This document shows positions 51,803 to 62,642 of a DNA stretch of 64,000 nt, piece by piece. Made by a program: the position numbers and the translations under genes. The stretch comes from Candidatus Poribacteria bacterium (GTDB lineage: Bacteria > Poribacteria > WGA-4E > WGA-3G): contig CBDAUI010000002.1 in assembly GCA_965200205.1 (NCBI GenBank), positions 319,837-383,836 on the forward strand. Direction: 5' to 3'. The notes under the pieces are model-generated. The model saw nothing but the letters and a program-made list of their open reading frames with translations, was not told the origin of the DNA and made no database searches. How positions within the stretch are numbered: position 1 is the stretch's first letter; each line of letters starts with the position of its first letter.

Positions 51803-54800
51803 TTAATCTGTGATTTTAACAGATGAACTGCCGTTTCCTTTTTTACTAACTTCAATTTTGACGGGTAAACGTCTTGTTAATTCTTTGATATGGCTGATGA
51901 GGAAGATGCTCCGTCCCTGCATGCGGAGTCCTTCGAGTGCTGCGATAGCGGTGTCAAGCGTTTCGCTATCAAGGGTTCCGAACCCTTCGTCGAGGAACAG
52001 CGAGTTGAGTTGTGCGCGTCCGCTACTGAGTTCGGAGAGCGCGAGTGCCAATGCGAGACTCGTCAAGAACGATTCACCACCGGAGAGTGTCTGAACAGGT
52101 CGTTCTTCATTCGCGTTCCAGCGATCGATGACGGTCAAGTTGCCGATGCTCTCAACTTTAAGTTCGTAGCGATCTGAAGTGAGGTATCGGAGCTGCTCGT
52201 TTGCTAAAGTCCCCATTTGCCTGAACATAATCTCCAGTGCGAAATCGCGTAAGGCATTGGCGGGAATTGTCTCTTGTAACCGCTGCCAGCGTTCTAATTC
52301 TTGCTGCGCTGCGCCGAGTTCATCACCGAGAGCCTCACGTTTTTCAAGCGCATCTTTCAAGTCGTTGATTTTCTGCTGTTGCGCGCCAATCTCTTGCTGT
52401 GCTTCTTGAAGTTGCGCTTCGATTCCTTCGAGTTGCATCTCAATTCGACCTAATGTCTCTGGGTCATAAGGCGTTTCCTCAAACCGAGTCTGTAACTCAG
52501 TAATCTCTAACGCGAGCCGTTGCATTTCATCCTCGTGCCTATCAATTCGGTCAGTTAAGTCTTGTATCTGGTCATCATCTCGGAAGGCGTCATTGTGTGC
52601 TTCTGGCGCGTCAAACCCTTCTTTTTTTAGTTTATTGAAGTAAACTTCGCGTGATGCATCCAACTTTTCAGCAGACGTATTAAACTGTTTCTTGCCAATG
52701 TCATGAGCTGTCTGTTTTTGCGTCAGCAAATTTTGACTGTTCTGTAATTGCTGTTCAGCACTATCGCGCGCGCTCTCTTTTGCCTGTAGATCGGCTTGTA
52801 ATGCTTCAATAGCGGCATTAATATCATCTTCGGTGTCAAGTCCACCGGTTTTCTCACGAGCAGTAGATAGAAATCCTTCCTTTTCACGCAGATATTCATC
52901 TTTTTCGTTTTTCAACGTTTCATGGTTGGTTTTCAAGCTCTGAAGTGTCCCTTCGTCTGATTCAATATTGGCGTTAAGCACCTGAAGTTGTGTCTCAGCT
53001 GTGTCGCGTTCATCTTCACGCACCTCGACCGCTTCAATTTTATCTTCAAATTGCTTAACAGCCTTTTTAGGTGTAACACCGTGAAAGGTATCGGGCATGG
53101 ATTCCCAAAAACGTTCCTCTGTCGCTTTAATATCCGCTTGCAAATCCGCAATTGTATTGTTGAGGCTTTCGAGCTGCGTTTCGGTTTCACTCAAGGCTTT
53201 CGTCTCGCGTTTGATGTCCTTCTCACAAGTTTCGAGTTGCTGTGATACCATTTCGTAAGCGTGTGATGCCTTCGTTCGTTCCTGCTCGGCCTCTCCGAGG
53301 GCTGCAATAGCAGTATCAGCGTTCTCAATCTGGTCTATTATCCAATTGGAGAATGCTTTATAGTCCTGTATAACTATAGATTCGGAATCTGTCTGTTTAG
53401 ACATCGTCTTGATTTTAAAGTCCTGATCGACTATCGAGTCGAATGCCCTATTGAAGTCTGAAGAGATCTGCTCCCATTGTTTGTCAAGCGATTTCGCTTT
53501 GTCTTGGAGAACTTTTGCTTCTGAAACAATCTCTGAACCTTGGTTGACAGCGTTCTCTTGATCCTGTTGCATTTGTATCTGCCTCATTTTCAAAGCCTGT
53601 ATCTGATTTTGCTCTGTTTTCATCTCGGCTTTCGCATTTTCTAAGGCGTTTTTAGCATCCTGGAGCCGTTCCTCATTTTCAGGTTCCACAACACCAGCAT
53701 ACGGATGCTCTATAGCTCCACATACCAAGCACGGTTCTCCGGTGTGAAGATGTTGCCGGAGTTGATTAATCGGATATGTCAACATCTCGAACCTTAGTGC
53801 CTCTTCACAACGTTCAACTGCCTTTGCAGCATGCTGACACACCTCTGTTTGTTCTTGCAGCTCTGCTTCAATTTGCATAAGTTCTGCACCCCGTGTTGAT
53901 ACGGTGTCACTTAAGTCGCTCGCCTGATCTGAGATGTTCTCCAAATCCTCCAATGTCTCTGCACAACTCTGCATGATCGGATATGCCCGGGCTGCTTGCT
54001 GTTTTCGATCTGTCCATTCCTCGCGGGTCCCGGTAGTCAGTAGTTCGTTCAATTGCGTCGTAGCATCTGCTAACGTCGTCTCTGCTGCTGCTTTTTCCGA
54101 GAGATGCTCTTCCTGAGTTTTAGATAATTTCTCAATTTCCGTTCTTAACGAGGATACTGTCTTTTCAGCATTCGTTTTGTTTGTCTGCTCTGTTTTCAAC
54201 TGCTTTTCTTGAGATTCGAGTTGGTCCAAAAGACGGGTAGTTCGAGTGAGACGTTGCTGCCGATCCGACGGAAGCGGATTATCTTCCAAAAAATGTTGGG
54301 CATCATCAATCTGTCCTTGTAAATCGGTCTGCTCCGTCTGTTTATCCGTTAATTGGTTTTCCAAAGCATCAATCTGCTTGTTTACAGTTACCAATTTTGG
54401 TGTCCGCTTATCCGCTTCAGCAAATTGTTCGGCTGCTCGTTCTACATCAGCCTTTGCCGCAGTGTAGAGGGGCATTTTTTCGTTTCGTTCTTCAGACGCA
54501 GTTTGATATGCGGCTTCCTTCTCGTCATAGATAATTTGATCATCTCCAACTTGTGCTTCTGCGTCAGTTTCCTCATCTTTCGCGACACGGAGTGTTTTCT
54601 TAGATTCTTCAAACTCCGATTGTGCATTATTAAATTCCCGTTTTTCTGTGTGTAGACGCTGGGCGCGATTTGCGCCTTCGAGTTCTGCCTGAAACACATC
54701 AATTTCTGACTGTTGTGCTAAAAGTTCCTCTCGTCGTTTCTTCGAGGACTGTAGTTGCTTGAAGTCCTCAGTCCGTTTTGCCTCACGTGCTTTTTCCTCT

Positions 54801-55540
54801 TGTGTCTGCTGGATTTCTTCACCTAATCGTTCCGCATCTTTTTGTAGTCTATTGAGTTCTGTTTCAGCATCTGTGACCTGTTCACGAGAAGCTTCTGGAA
54901 TTTTATTTAATTTATCGTAGACTTCGGCGTTCGCAGCCTCAACCTCACTAACTTTGTCATTTAACGCTTGTTTCAGGACATCGTAGATACTGACCCCTGC
55001 AGTCGCCTCCAAAATTGTGCGTCTCTCTTCGTTGCTCGCTTTCAAAAACGCAGCGAATTCGCCCTGTGCTAACATCACTGATCGTCTGAAGGCATCGAAA
55101 TCCAGCCCTAAAATGGATTCCACCTCTTCGCTGACCGTGTTTTGGCTGGAACCGAGAGATTTGCCACGTGTTGATAACCTATCTGTGATTAACTTTGCAT
55201 CATCTGCATAGCGTAATTCCACCTTTGGCGAACCATTATGCTTAGCCGACCAAGTCGCGAGGTACCGGGTGCCGTTCGCCATAAAGATCACTTCGGTGAA
55301 TCCGTTTTTTTCGCCATGACTGATGAGATGATTCGGATTTTGGTTCCCACTCCCACTCAAGCGAGGTGTTTTTCCGTAGAGTGCGACGCAGATCGCATCC
55401 AACAGCGTTGTTTTTCCAGCACCCGTCGGACCGGTGATCGCCACAAGCGAGGCATCATCCAACGGTGATTTCTCAAAATCAATCTCAACTGGGTCACGGA
55501 AACTATTTAGGTTCTTAAGTTTCAGTTTACATATCTTCAT
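51803..55540 (-). CDS. sbcC: SbcC/Rad50-family DNA repair ATPase
   Basis: Walker A ITGPTGAGKTTLLDAI, about 900 aa of coiled coil with zinc hook GEPCLVCG, signature LSGGESFLTSLALALAL, Walker B LFLDEGFGTLD. Confidence 0.9.
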   Translation of the reverse strand: MKICKLKLKNLNSFRDPVEIDFEKSPLDDASLVAITGPTGAGKTTLLDAICVALYGKTPRLSGSGNQNPNHLISHGEKNGFTEVIFMANGTRYLATWSAKHNGSPKVELRYADDAKLITDRLSTRGKSLGSSQNTVSEEVESILGLDFDAFRRSVMLAQGEFAAFLKASNEERRTILEATAGVSIYDVLKQALNDKVSEVEAANAEVYDKLNKIPEASREQVTDAETELNRLQKDAERLGEEIQQTQEEKAREAKRTEDFKQLQSSKKRREELLAQQSEIDVFQAELEGANRAQRLHTEKREFNNAQSEFEESKKTLRVAKDEETDAEAQVGDDQIIYDEKEAAYQTASEERNEKMPLYTAAKADVERAAEQFAEADKRTPKLVTVNKQIDALENQLTDKQTEQTDLQGQIDDAQHFLEDNPLPSDRQQRLTRTTRLLDQLESQEKQLKTEQTNKTNAEKTVSSLRTEIEKLSKTQEEHLSEKAAAETTLADATTQLNELLTTGTREEWTDRKQQAARAYPIMQSCAETLEDLENISDQASDLSDTVSTRGAELMQIEAELQEQTEVCQHAAKAVERCEEALRFEMLTYPINQLRQHLHTGEPCLVCGAIEHPYAGVVEPENEERLQDAKNALENAKAEMKTEQNQIQALKMRQIQMQQDQENAVNQGSEIVSEAKVLQDKAKSLDKQWEQISSDFNRAFDSIVDQDFKIKTMSKQTDSESIVIQDYKAFSNWIIDQIENADTAIAALGEAEQERTKASHAYEMVSQQLETCEKDIKRETKALSETETQLESLNNTIADLQADIKATEERFWESMPDTFHGVTPKKAVKQFEDKIEAVEVREDERDTAETQLQVLNANIESDEGTLQSLKTNHETLKNEKDEYLREKEGFLSTAREKTGGLDTEDDINAAIEALQADLQAKESARDSAEQQLQNSQNLLTQKQTAHDIGKKQFNTSAEKLDASREVYFNKLKKEGFDAPEAHNDAFRDDDQIQDLTDRIDRHEDEMQRLALEITELQTRFEETPYDPETLGRIEMQLEGIEAQLQEAQQEIGAQQQKINDLKDALEKREALGDELGAAQQELERWQRLQETIPANALRDFALEIMFRQMGTLANEQLRYLTSDRYELKVESIGNLTVIDRWNANEERPVQTLSGGESFLTSLALALALSELSSGRAQLNSLFLDEGFGTLDSETLDTAIAALEGLRMQGRSIFLISHIKELTRRLPVKIEVSKKGNGSSSVKITD

Positions 55541-56709
55541 TCGGACTCCTCAACCATCTCAACTAATTCATTAAATGTTTGCATCAAAGTATCGTCGGGG
55601 GGTTCACCATCGAATTTTGTTCTATGAAACTGATCGAAAATTTCTTCAGGACGCTTCATGTCTTCAACAGAGATTTTCGGTCCTTCTGTCGCCTCCGGCA
55701 GTTCGAGTTCAACGCTTAAAACAGTACCGCCCCGGTTGCCAAACGTCTGCCGAATTTCATCGCTGATGCCGACTCTCGGTGCGGTTAATTCCAATTTCAC
55801 TTGGATATATTTTCCGTCCCAGTCTCCAGTCATCGCGTCTGATGTTACCGATGCTTCGTCACCCTCGACGGTACACAATTCTTTGAAAACGGGAATCTTG
55901 ATTTTCTCATCTCGGATAAGCGTGCCATCTTCAGAGAGTTCCAGCAGGTAGACAACCTTGCGATAACCGGTTTCGTTGAATCTCAAGGGCATCGGTGAAC
56001 CCGAATACCGAACCGGATAATCCGCGCCTTTGATCGTCTGCGGTCTGTGGAGGTGTCCGAGAGCGACATAACTGACATCTTTAGGAAAATCGCTGACGTG
56101 GGTAGCCGTTGCGCCTCCGATCTGTACATTCCGTTCCGAATCGCCTACTTGTCCGCCTTCGACGAAGAGGTGTCCCATCAAAATTTTCGGGAGTTCTGCT
56201 GGCATCAGAGAAACGCAGTCTGCATAGAGTGCCTTGAACCGTTCCCGATATCGTTCGTTCCGCTCTACCTCTGTTTCATACGAGAGATGACGGAGATCGC
56301 TTTCGGAGAGGAACGGGACAGCTGCGACTGCAACCCGTGGATCGTCAGGCGGTAAAGAGACGACACATTTCGTCGGTTCATCCGCTGTTCCGACGACATA
56401 AATCCTGCCCATCTCAAGGAACTCGCGCGGTGCCTCCAGATGGCGCGGCGAGTCGTGATTACCAGCGGTAATCACCGTGTATGCGTCCGTTTCACTAAAA
56501 AGACGGTAGAGAAATCGGTAGTAGAGATTCGTTGATTCGGAGGAGGGAAGTGCCGTATCGAAGATGTCGCCTGAAACGAGGAGGAGTTCGACCTGATGTT
56601 CTTGGATCTTCTCAAGGAGCCAATCCAGAAACTGTTCGTGTTCATCCGTGCGTTGACGTTCATGTAACCGTTGACCGATATGCCAATCGGCGGTGTGCAG
56701 TATTCTCAT
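55537..56709 (-). CDS. sbcD: SbcD/Mre11-family nuclease
   Basis: MRILHTADWHIG, GDIFD, GNHD. 4-nt overlap with sbcC. Confidence 0.9.
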   Translation of the reverse strand: MRILHTADWHIGQRLHERQRTDEHEQFLDWLLEKIQEHQVELLLVSGDIFDTALPSSESTNLYYRFLYRLFSETDAYTVITAGNHDSPRHLEAPREFLEMGRIYVVGTADEPTKCVVSLPPDDPRVAVAAVPFLSESDLRHLSYETEVERNERYRERFKALYADCVSLMPAELPKILMGHLFVEGGQVGDSERNVQIGGATATHVSDFPKDVSYVALGHLHRPQTIKGADYPVRYSGSPMPLRFNETGYRKVVYLLELSEDGTLIRDEKIKIPVFKELCTVEGDEASVTSDAMTGDWDGKYIQVKLELTAPRVGISDEIRQTFGNRGGTVLSVELELPEATEGPKISVEDMKRPEEIFDQFHRTKFDGEPPDDTLMQTFNELVEMVEESE

Positions 56710-56888
56710 ATTTTTATCCGGTTACCATCCCTTCAAAAATTGTTGTAAGAATCTAATATGTACTATCATAGCAGATAGAAGGACCTCTTTTCAAGCAAAT
56801 TAATTCGTTGCGAAAAAAGATGGTACATGATAGGTTAAAACCGATGATTTAGCGATTGCAACACAGCGGAAAATAAGGAGTTAGCCCT

Positions 56889-58088
56889 ATGAAAGATAAT
56901 GGACGAACCTTAACCGCAGAACTCAAAGAGATGCAAGTCTATGGAGAGACACGCGTCGGATGGGATGCAAACGTACCGGTCAATGAAACCGTTGATGCGG
57001 ATGGAAACGTTCCGTCTAGCGGTAGAGGCTTCGGTGTCGCGGATCCGAACTCGCCGAAACGCCGGGTCTACGATGATCCAGAAGTCGAAGCACTCCGCGA
57101 AAAGCTCCGTGAACAGAACGGGATACGTGGACTCGAAATCTGCGATCCGCATGAACTCAAGAGAGCCGCTCGTATCTTCCATCGGGACGGGTTCGTTGTG
57201 GTGCGCGACCTCCTCACGCCGGAACAGTTAGCACGTTGGCGAGACGGCTGCGCCGAAGCACTTCGCGATATCCTCTCTATACCGGGACAGGACGGTAGAA
57301 AATATGTAGCCGAAACAGGACGGCTACCACACCGCTATAGCTACGGCACCTCTTCCGCGTCAAGACAGATGCTGCATCACCCTGCGTGGGCAAGTATGGT
57401 GGACCTACCGACAACGACACCGCTCGTCACGGAGATTTTCGGGTCTTCAGATTATCGAGTATGGGGTTCAGGCGGCGATCTCTGTCTTCCCGGTGCGGTT
57501 GAGTATCAGCATCTGCATTCCGATGGTAGGGACCCACAACACCTTTCTGAAGAACGCATCGCCCAAGCGGAACGACTCGGTGTTCAACTCCAGAGAGACG
57601 ATAAGGGGAACCTTGATGTGCCGTCCCAAAAACTGATTATGGAGATGACACCACCGATGGTTACCATTAATTTCGTCATGTGTGATCTCACTTGGGAGAA
57701 CGGACCGATCCGCCAGATTCCGGGAACACATACCTTGCAACAGTATCCGCCGGGTCCGGCTGAAGAACCCGATTGGATGAAGCATTCGACGCTCGTCGGT
57801 GCCACTGCTGGGTCTGGTGTGTTCCGGGATAACCGAGCATGGCACGGCGCAACACCGAATCTGTCGAAGGAGATCCGCGCCCTTCCGAACGTTGAGTACG
57901 CCGCACCGTGGTGGACACCGCAAATGTTCAGTAGGATTATGCCACACGAAGTCTGGGAGACATTGACACCGTACGCTCAGAAATTGTGTGAATGGATCAA
58001 GGCGGAGCCGGGCATCTGGCCAGCAGGTGCAGGCATTATGCACCCGCTTGCAAGCAAGCGCGAAGCCGCAAAGAAATCAAAGGGTTAA
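56889..58088 (+). CDS. PhyH-family Fe(II)/2-oxoglutarate oxygenase-like protein
   Basis: AAGGAG plus ATG. FHRDGFVVVRDLLTPEQLARWRD, HLHSDG, WHGATPN. Confidence 0.65.
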   Translation: MKDNGRTLTAELKEMQVYGETRVGWDANVPVNETVDADGNVPSSGRGFGVADPNSPKRRVYDDPEVEALREKLREQNGIRGLEICDPHELKRAARIFHRDGFVVVRDLLTPEQLARWRDGCAEALRDILSIPGQDGRKYVAETGRLPHRYSYGTSSASRQMLHHPAWASMVDLPTTTPLVTEIFGSSDYRVWGSGGDLCLPGAVEYQHLHSDGRDPQHLSEERIAQAERLGVQLQRDDKGNLDVPSQKLIMEMTPPMVTINFVMCDLTWENGPIRQIPGTHTLQQYPPGPAEEPDWMKHSTLVGATAGSGVFRDNRAWHGATPNLSKEIRALPNVEYAAPWWTPQMFSRIMPHEVWETLTPYAQKLCEWIKAEPGIWPAGAGIMHPLASKREAAKKSKG

Positions 58089-58106
58089 GTCTTAATCGAA
58101 CCCGTT

Positions 58107-58135
58107 TGCAGGCGGGGTTTGTAACCTCGTCTGCA
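58107..58135. repeat. Palindromic element P1, second copy
   Basis: TGCAGGCGGGGTT-tgt-AACCTCGTCTGCA. The two changes relative to 37472-37500 preserve G-U pairing. Located 19 nt after the stop. Confidence 0.65.
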
Positions 58136-58154
58136 TTGGAAAAGGAGACGACAG

Positions 58155-59195
58155 ATGTTAAACTGGGGCGTTATGGGAGCAGGCGGTATCGCTTATGTGT
58201 TCTGCAACGGCATGCGTTTCACAGATACTGGACAGATACTCGCTGTGGCAAGTCGGACGCAGGAACGTAGGGATAGACTCGCCACCGATTTCGGTATCTC
58301 TCGGCAATACGATGACTACGCGGACCTCTTGACAGATGATGATATTGATGCCGTCTATATTGCGACAATCCACCCGTTACATGCGGAGTGGGCGGTCAAA
58401 TGTGCCGAAGCGGGGAAACACCTACTGGTCGAAAAACCGATCAGCATGAACCATACCGAAACCGAGACGATGGTAAACGCCGCACGGGAAAACGATGTCT
58501 TTCTTATGGAAGCCTTTATGTACCGGTGCCACCCGCAGATCGCAAAAATGGTCGAACTGATACAAGAGGGTGCAATCGGTGATGTTCTATCGATTCGTGC
58601 GACGTTCGGTTATCGCTCAAGTTTCAATCCACAGAGCCGTCTCTACAACCGTGAAATGGGCGGTGGTGGTATCCTCGACATCGGGTGTTATACCGCCTCA
58701 ATGGCACGGAAAATCGCAGGTGCAGCGGCGAATAAACTGTTCCTGGATCCGGTCTCCGTTAAAGGGAATGGAAAAATCGGTCCGACAGGTGTGGATCACA
58801 TCGCAGCGGCGACGCTAAAATTTGAGAACGATATTATCGCTGAGATTGTTTGTGCAGTCGAATGCGCTTACGGCAGTAATGTTATTATCTATGGCACGGA
58901 GGGAACGCTAACGATTCCGAACCCGTGGTTGCCGTCGTCTCCATGTCGCGGTGCAAGGACACCGTTGCCACCCGATACAACCTTCCCTGCAACGCAGCTG
59001 ATTGTTCAATCGCCTGGAAGTCGAGAAGCCACCGAAGTGACGGTCACGGCTGATAGGGACCTATTCACCTACGAAGCCGATACGGTTGCAGCGCATACCG
59101 CAGACCGACAAGCACCGGCGATGTCTTGGGCAGACACACTCGGCAACATGCAACTCCTTGACGCTTGGCGTGAAGAGGTAGGCGTTGTTCAGTAA
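58155..59195 (+). CDS. Gfo/Idh/MocA family oxidoreductase
   Basis: N-terminal Rossmann WGVMGAGGIA and the LLVEKP motif. Confidence 0.88.
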   Translation: MLNWGVMGAGGIAYVFCNGMRFTDTGQILAVASRTQERRDRLATDFGISRQYDDYADLLTDDDIDAVYIATIHPLHAEWAVKCAEAGKHLLVEKPISMNHTETETMVNAARENDVFLMEAFMYRCHPQIAKMVELIQEGAIGDVLSIRATFGYRSSFNPQSRLYNREMGGGGILDIGCYTASMARKIAGAAANKLFLDPVSVKGNGKIGPTGVDHIAAATLKFENDIIAEIVCAVECAYGSNVIIYGTEGTLTIPNPWLPSSPCRGARTPLPPDTTFPATQLIVQSPGSREATEVTVTADRDLFTYEADTVAAHTADRQAPAMSWADTLGNMQLLDAWREEVGVVQ

Positions 59196-59244
59196 CAGAC
59201 AGGCACAAATATAGAATTCGTGTTTTCCATCGAAGAAAAAAGAA

Positions 59245-60144
59245 ATGACACAAAAAAGGTTACTCTTAATTTTGTTAATAGCACTATTCGTATCGCCTCG
59301 CGTCCTGTTTGGAGAGTCGTGGGGATATAGCGAGAACCGGATTGCCATCAGTGCAGATGGCAACAGTGCACCTGATATGCAGAGGCAGAGGGGACGAACT
59401 GCGGATCCCGATGATTGGGCAGCAACGCCTGCTGCTTTGGCGATACTTGCCAAACTGAGGTTTCAGGATAAACTCGTACATTATTCGTATAATAACTTTA
59501 TCGAGGCTCCGGCAGGACCCGATGAAAAGAACCAGATGAAAATCAGCGTAGACGGTGCCATTCAACGCTGGAATTTCGATCCACATCTTTTCTTTGATGT
59601 GACAAAAGACCTTGCTGGTGCCAAAAATCATTTGAAAACCGAATTGGCAAAGTCAACCGCTGCAGATCCACTTTACTATATTCACATGGGTCCAGCAGAA
59701 TTTTTCTATCAAACAGTAAAGGAAGTCGTTGACGAAGGGAAGGGCGCGGCTTTGGCGCACGTGTACATCGTGTCTCACAGTGGATATAACAACAATCACT
59801 TACGCCGTCAAACGCATCACACCATTAAACAAGCCATCGAGTACAGTAATAACATGTTGAACTACAAGAAAATCAAAGATCAGAATGGAGCATCGGATCC
59901 GCATATCCTTTGGAATTCAAAAAAAGATTACTCGCCGTGGTATTGGCTGCGAGATCATAGTGATCCGAATCTGAATTGGTTGTACGAGAGAATGAGAGCA
60001 CATAGGGGTGGCGTAGCAGATATTTCTGATGCTGGAATGGTATATTGGCTTCTACTTGGAGATGAGGATGGTAACCCATCAAAATTCAAAGCGTTCATAG
60101 GACAGGGAATTCCAACAGCACCGGCCACCGAGCAAAACGAGTGA
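59245..60144 (+). CDS. Secreted hypothetical protein
   Basis: Signal peptide LLLILLIALFVSPRVLFG. No firm motif. Confidence 0.6.
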   Translation: MTQKRLLLILLIALFVSPRVLFGESWGYSENRIAISADGNSAPDMQRQRGRTADPDDWAATPAALAILAKLRFQDKLVHYSYNNFIEAPAGPDEKNQMKISVDGAIQRWNFDPHLFFDVTKDLAGAKNHLKTELAKSTAADPLYYIHMGPAEFFYQTVKEVVDEGKGAALAHVYIVSHSGYNNNHLRRQTHHTIKQAIEYSNNMLNYKKIKDQNGASDPHILWNSKKDYSPWYWLRDHSDPNLNWLYERMRAHRGGVADISDAGMVYWLLLGDEDGNPSKFKAFIGQGIPTAPATEQNE

Positions 60145-60326
60145 CAGAAGACGTGGAGATGTATATCGCAGTATATGAAAATATTCATAGTCAGAGATTT
60201 AAATAACATCTGTTGCACGTGTGATAACTAACTGGTCTTGTTCCGTCACAAAATCCTTGCAAGTTTTTCTAATTGATTGTATACTGCTTATGGCAGAAAC
60301 AATACTTGACGAAAAAGGAACACTTG

Positions 60327-60779
60327 ATGAATATCCTCGTTCTACACGGACCGAATTTACATCTCTTGGGAAAACGTCAACCGGAGATCTACGGACACGA
60401 AACTTTAGCGGACATCAACACGACGCTCGATCAGCACGCCGCAGCATCGCAACACCCTGTCGTTCTTAAAATCTTTCAATCGAACCATGAAGGCGAACTC
60501 GTTACTATCATCGGAGATCATATTGACTGGGCAGATGGTATCTTGATTAATCCTGCAGCGTATACACATACCAGCGTCGCTATCCGAGATGCACTCGCTA
60601 CCGTCGCAGTGCCTGTCATTGAGATTCATCTCTCTAACATCTATGCCCGTGAAGAATTCCGGCATCATTCATACATATCGGCGATTGCAGTTGGCGTTAT
60701 CGGCGGTTTCGGGTCCCATAGCTATAAACTTGCTCTTGAGGCAATGATCCATATCTTACGACAAACTGAAGAAAATTAA
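60327..60779 (+). CDS. aroQ: Type II 3-dehydroquinate dehydratase
   Basis: [72 protein letters not shown] 60327 chosen. Confidence 0.9.
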   Translation: MNILVLHGPNLHLLGKRQPEIYGHETLADINTTLDQHAAASQHPVVLKIFQSNHEGELVTIIGDHIDWADGILINPAAYTHTSVAIRDALATVAVPVIEIHLSNIYAREEFRHHSYISAIAVGVIGGFGSHSYKLALEAMIHILRQTEEN

Positions 60780-60850
60780 AAAACGCGCAGCCTGAAACGA
60801 AGTGGAAGGCGGGGTACGGAGGTGGTCCTGAAACCCCTGACGAACCTTAT

Positions 60851-60874
60851 CGAACCGCAAGGAAAATTTAAAAA
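60851..60874 (+). promoter_or_regulatory. Dispersed leader/RBS cassette (CGAACCGCAAGGAAAATTTAAAAA)
   Basis: Core shared with 18615-18640 and 63589-63610, each directly abutting an ATG. Confidence 0.5.
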
Positions 60875-62020
60875 ATGGAAAAAAACCGATTTATACCGTT
60901 TAGTCGTCCTTGGATTGATGACACCGAAATCGAAGCAGTTAGCCAAGTGCTTGCATCCAAATGGATCAGCACCGGCACGAGGGTCCGTGAATTTGAACGC
61001 GCCTTCGCCGAATATCTCGGGGTCAAACACGCCATCGCTGTCAGTTCCTGTACCGCTGCGCTCCATCTGAGTCTGGTTGTTGCCGGTATCGGCACCGACG
61101 ACGAAGTCATCACAACGCCTTATACCTTCACTGCGACAGCCGAAGCGATCCGATACGTCGGTGCGAAACCGGTTTTCGTGGACATCCAACCCGATACGTT
61201 GAATATCGACACCGGCAAAATTGAAGCGGCGATAACCGATCGGACGAAGGCGATACTCCCTGTTCACATCGCCGGTATCCCGTGCGATATGACGACGCTT
61301 CAAGAGATATGCCATACGCACAACCTGACGCTCATTGACGACGCTGCGCACGCCATCCCGACGGAATATAAGGGACAATATATCGGGAATCTCGGCGACC
61401 TGTCCGCTTTTAGTTTCTACGCGAACAAGAACCTCACGACAGGCGAAGGCGGCATGATTACGACGAACAGCGACGCATTCGCTGAACCGCTCCGTACGAT
61501 GCGACTCCACGGGATCAATAAAGACGCTTGGTCACGTCAATCGCAACGCAATATCTGGCACTACGACATCGCGACCGAAGGCTATAAATACAACATGACC
61601 GATATCCAAGCGGCGATGGGAGTGTGTCAACTCATGAAGCTCAACAAACAGCACGAACGCCGCCGGAATTTTGCGCATATCTATCAGACGGAACTGGCGA
61701 AATTTCCACAGATTGACACGCCTGTGGCACCTGATAACCCACGCGAACACGCTTGGCATCTCTACATTATCCAACTCAACACCGGCAACCGAGACGCATT
61801 CGTGGAAGCCTTACGTGAGGCGAACATCGAATGCAGTGTCCACTATATTCCTTTGCATCTCTTCGATTTCTATCAGGAGCGTTATGGTTACCGTATCGGC
61901 GATTTTCCGTGTGCTGAGGCGGCGTTTGAACGCGTTGTGAGTCTCCCGCTCCACCCCGGATTAACCGAAGATGATGTCCACATTGTGATTAATACCATCG
62001 GTAAAATTTTAGCGTCGTAA
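60875..62020 (+). CDS. DegT/DnrJ/EryC1/StrS family PLP-dependent sugar aminotransferase
   Basis: IPFSRPWIDDTEIEAV, AVSSCTAALHL, FSFYANKNLTTGEGGMI. Confidence 0.9.
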   Translation: MEKNRFIPFSRPWIDDTEIEAVSQVLASKWISTGTRVREFERAFAEYLGVKHAIAVSSCTAALHLSLVVAGIGTDDEVITTPYTFTATAEAIRYVGAKPVFVDIQPDTLNIDTGKIEAAITDRTKAILPVHIAGIPCDMTTLQEICHTHNLTLIDDAAHAIPTEYKGQYIGNLGDLSAFSFYANKNLTTGEGGMITTNSDAFAEPLRTMRLHGINKDAWSRQSQRNIWHYDIATEGYKYNMTDIQAAMGVCQLMKLNKQHERRRNFAHIYQTELAKFPQIDTPVAPDNPREHAWHLYIIQLNTGNRDAFVEALREANIECSVHYIPLHLFDFYQERYGYRIGDFPCAEAAFERVVSLPLHPGLTEDDVHIVINTIGKILAS

Positions 62021-62075
62021 TTGCGCAGCGGAACCCGTTGCTGTTCTAAAATTCAACAGGCTTATTGGATGGACG

Positions 62076-62642
62076 ATGGAGACACCTACACCCCCGACTC
62101 CCAAACTCTACCAAATCATCCCCTCCGAAGTCTGCTTCTCGTGTGATGTCTGTTGCCGGTTTTTAGAGGTGGACAGTCCGCTTGCACCTATTTTCACCGA
62201 ACCAGAAAAAGCGCGAGTCGTAGCAGTAGGTGCAGATTCAACGCTGTTTCGTCCACAGGCAGATGGTCAAAGCACACAGATCCACCTAAAACCGTACAAA
62301 GATTTCTATATCTGTCCCTTTTTTGAATCGGAGACGAGCCGTTGTACCATCTATCCGATCCGTCCGCTCGACTGCCAACTCTATCCGTTCGCGATTATGT
62401 TCAGCGAAGACGGTAACGAGGTCGTACTCGGCATAGATACGCTCTGTCCATTCGGTGAGGAACACTTTGAGACGGAAACATTTCAGCAGCATATCCGAGA
62501 AGTCATTGCTTACGTTGAATCGGAAGCGGTTACGGAACAGATCGCCGCAAACTGGAGCCTCATCGGTGACTACCAAGATACTGTGATAATTGTTCACACT
62601 TTGACGCAATTAAGAAATGCGACTTCAGCCACTCACACTTAA
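62076..62642 (+). CDS. YkgJ-family cysteine-cluster protein
   Basis: CFSCDVCCRF and CPFFESETSRCTIYPIRPLDCQLYPF. Confidence 0.7.
   Translation: METPTPPTPKLYQIIPSEVCFSCDVCCRFLEVDSPLAPIFTEPEKARVVAVGADSTLFRPQADGQSTQIHLKPYKDFYICPFFESETSRCTIYPIRPLDCQLYPFAIMFSEDGNEVVLGIDTLCPFGEEHFETETFQQHIREVIAYVESEAVTEQIAANWSLIGDYQDTVIIVHTLTQLRNATSATHT

Noticed and set aside
58036-58048. ATTATGCACCCGC resembling the TATGCACCC core of the 51-nt element
   Set aside because: It is an 11-nt match inside a CDS with no downstream TATAAA block. Matches of that length are expected by chance many times in 64 kb.
60776-61510. 244-aa ORF on the minus strand
   Set aside because: It lies entirely antisense to the well-supported DegT-family aminotransferase gene. 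It has an Arg-rich, low-complexity translation typical of shadow frames in GC-normal coding DNA.
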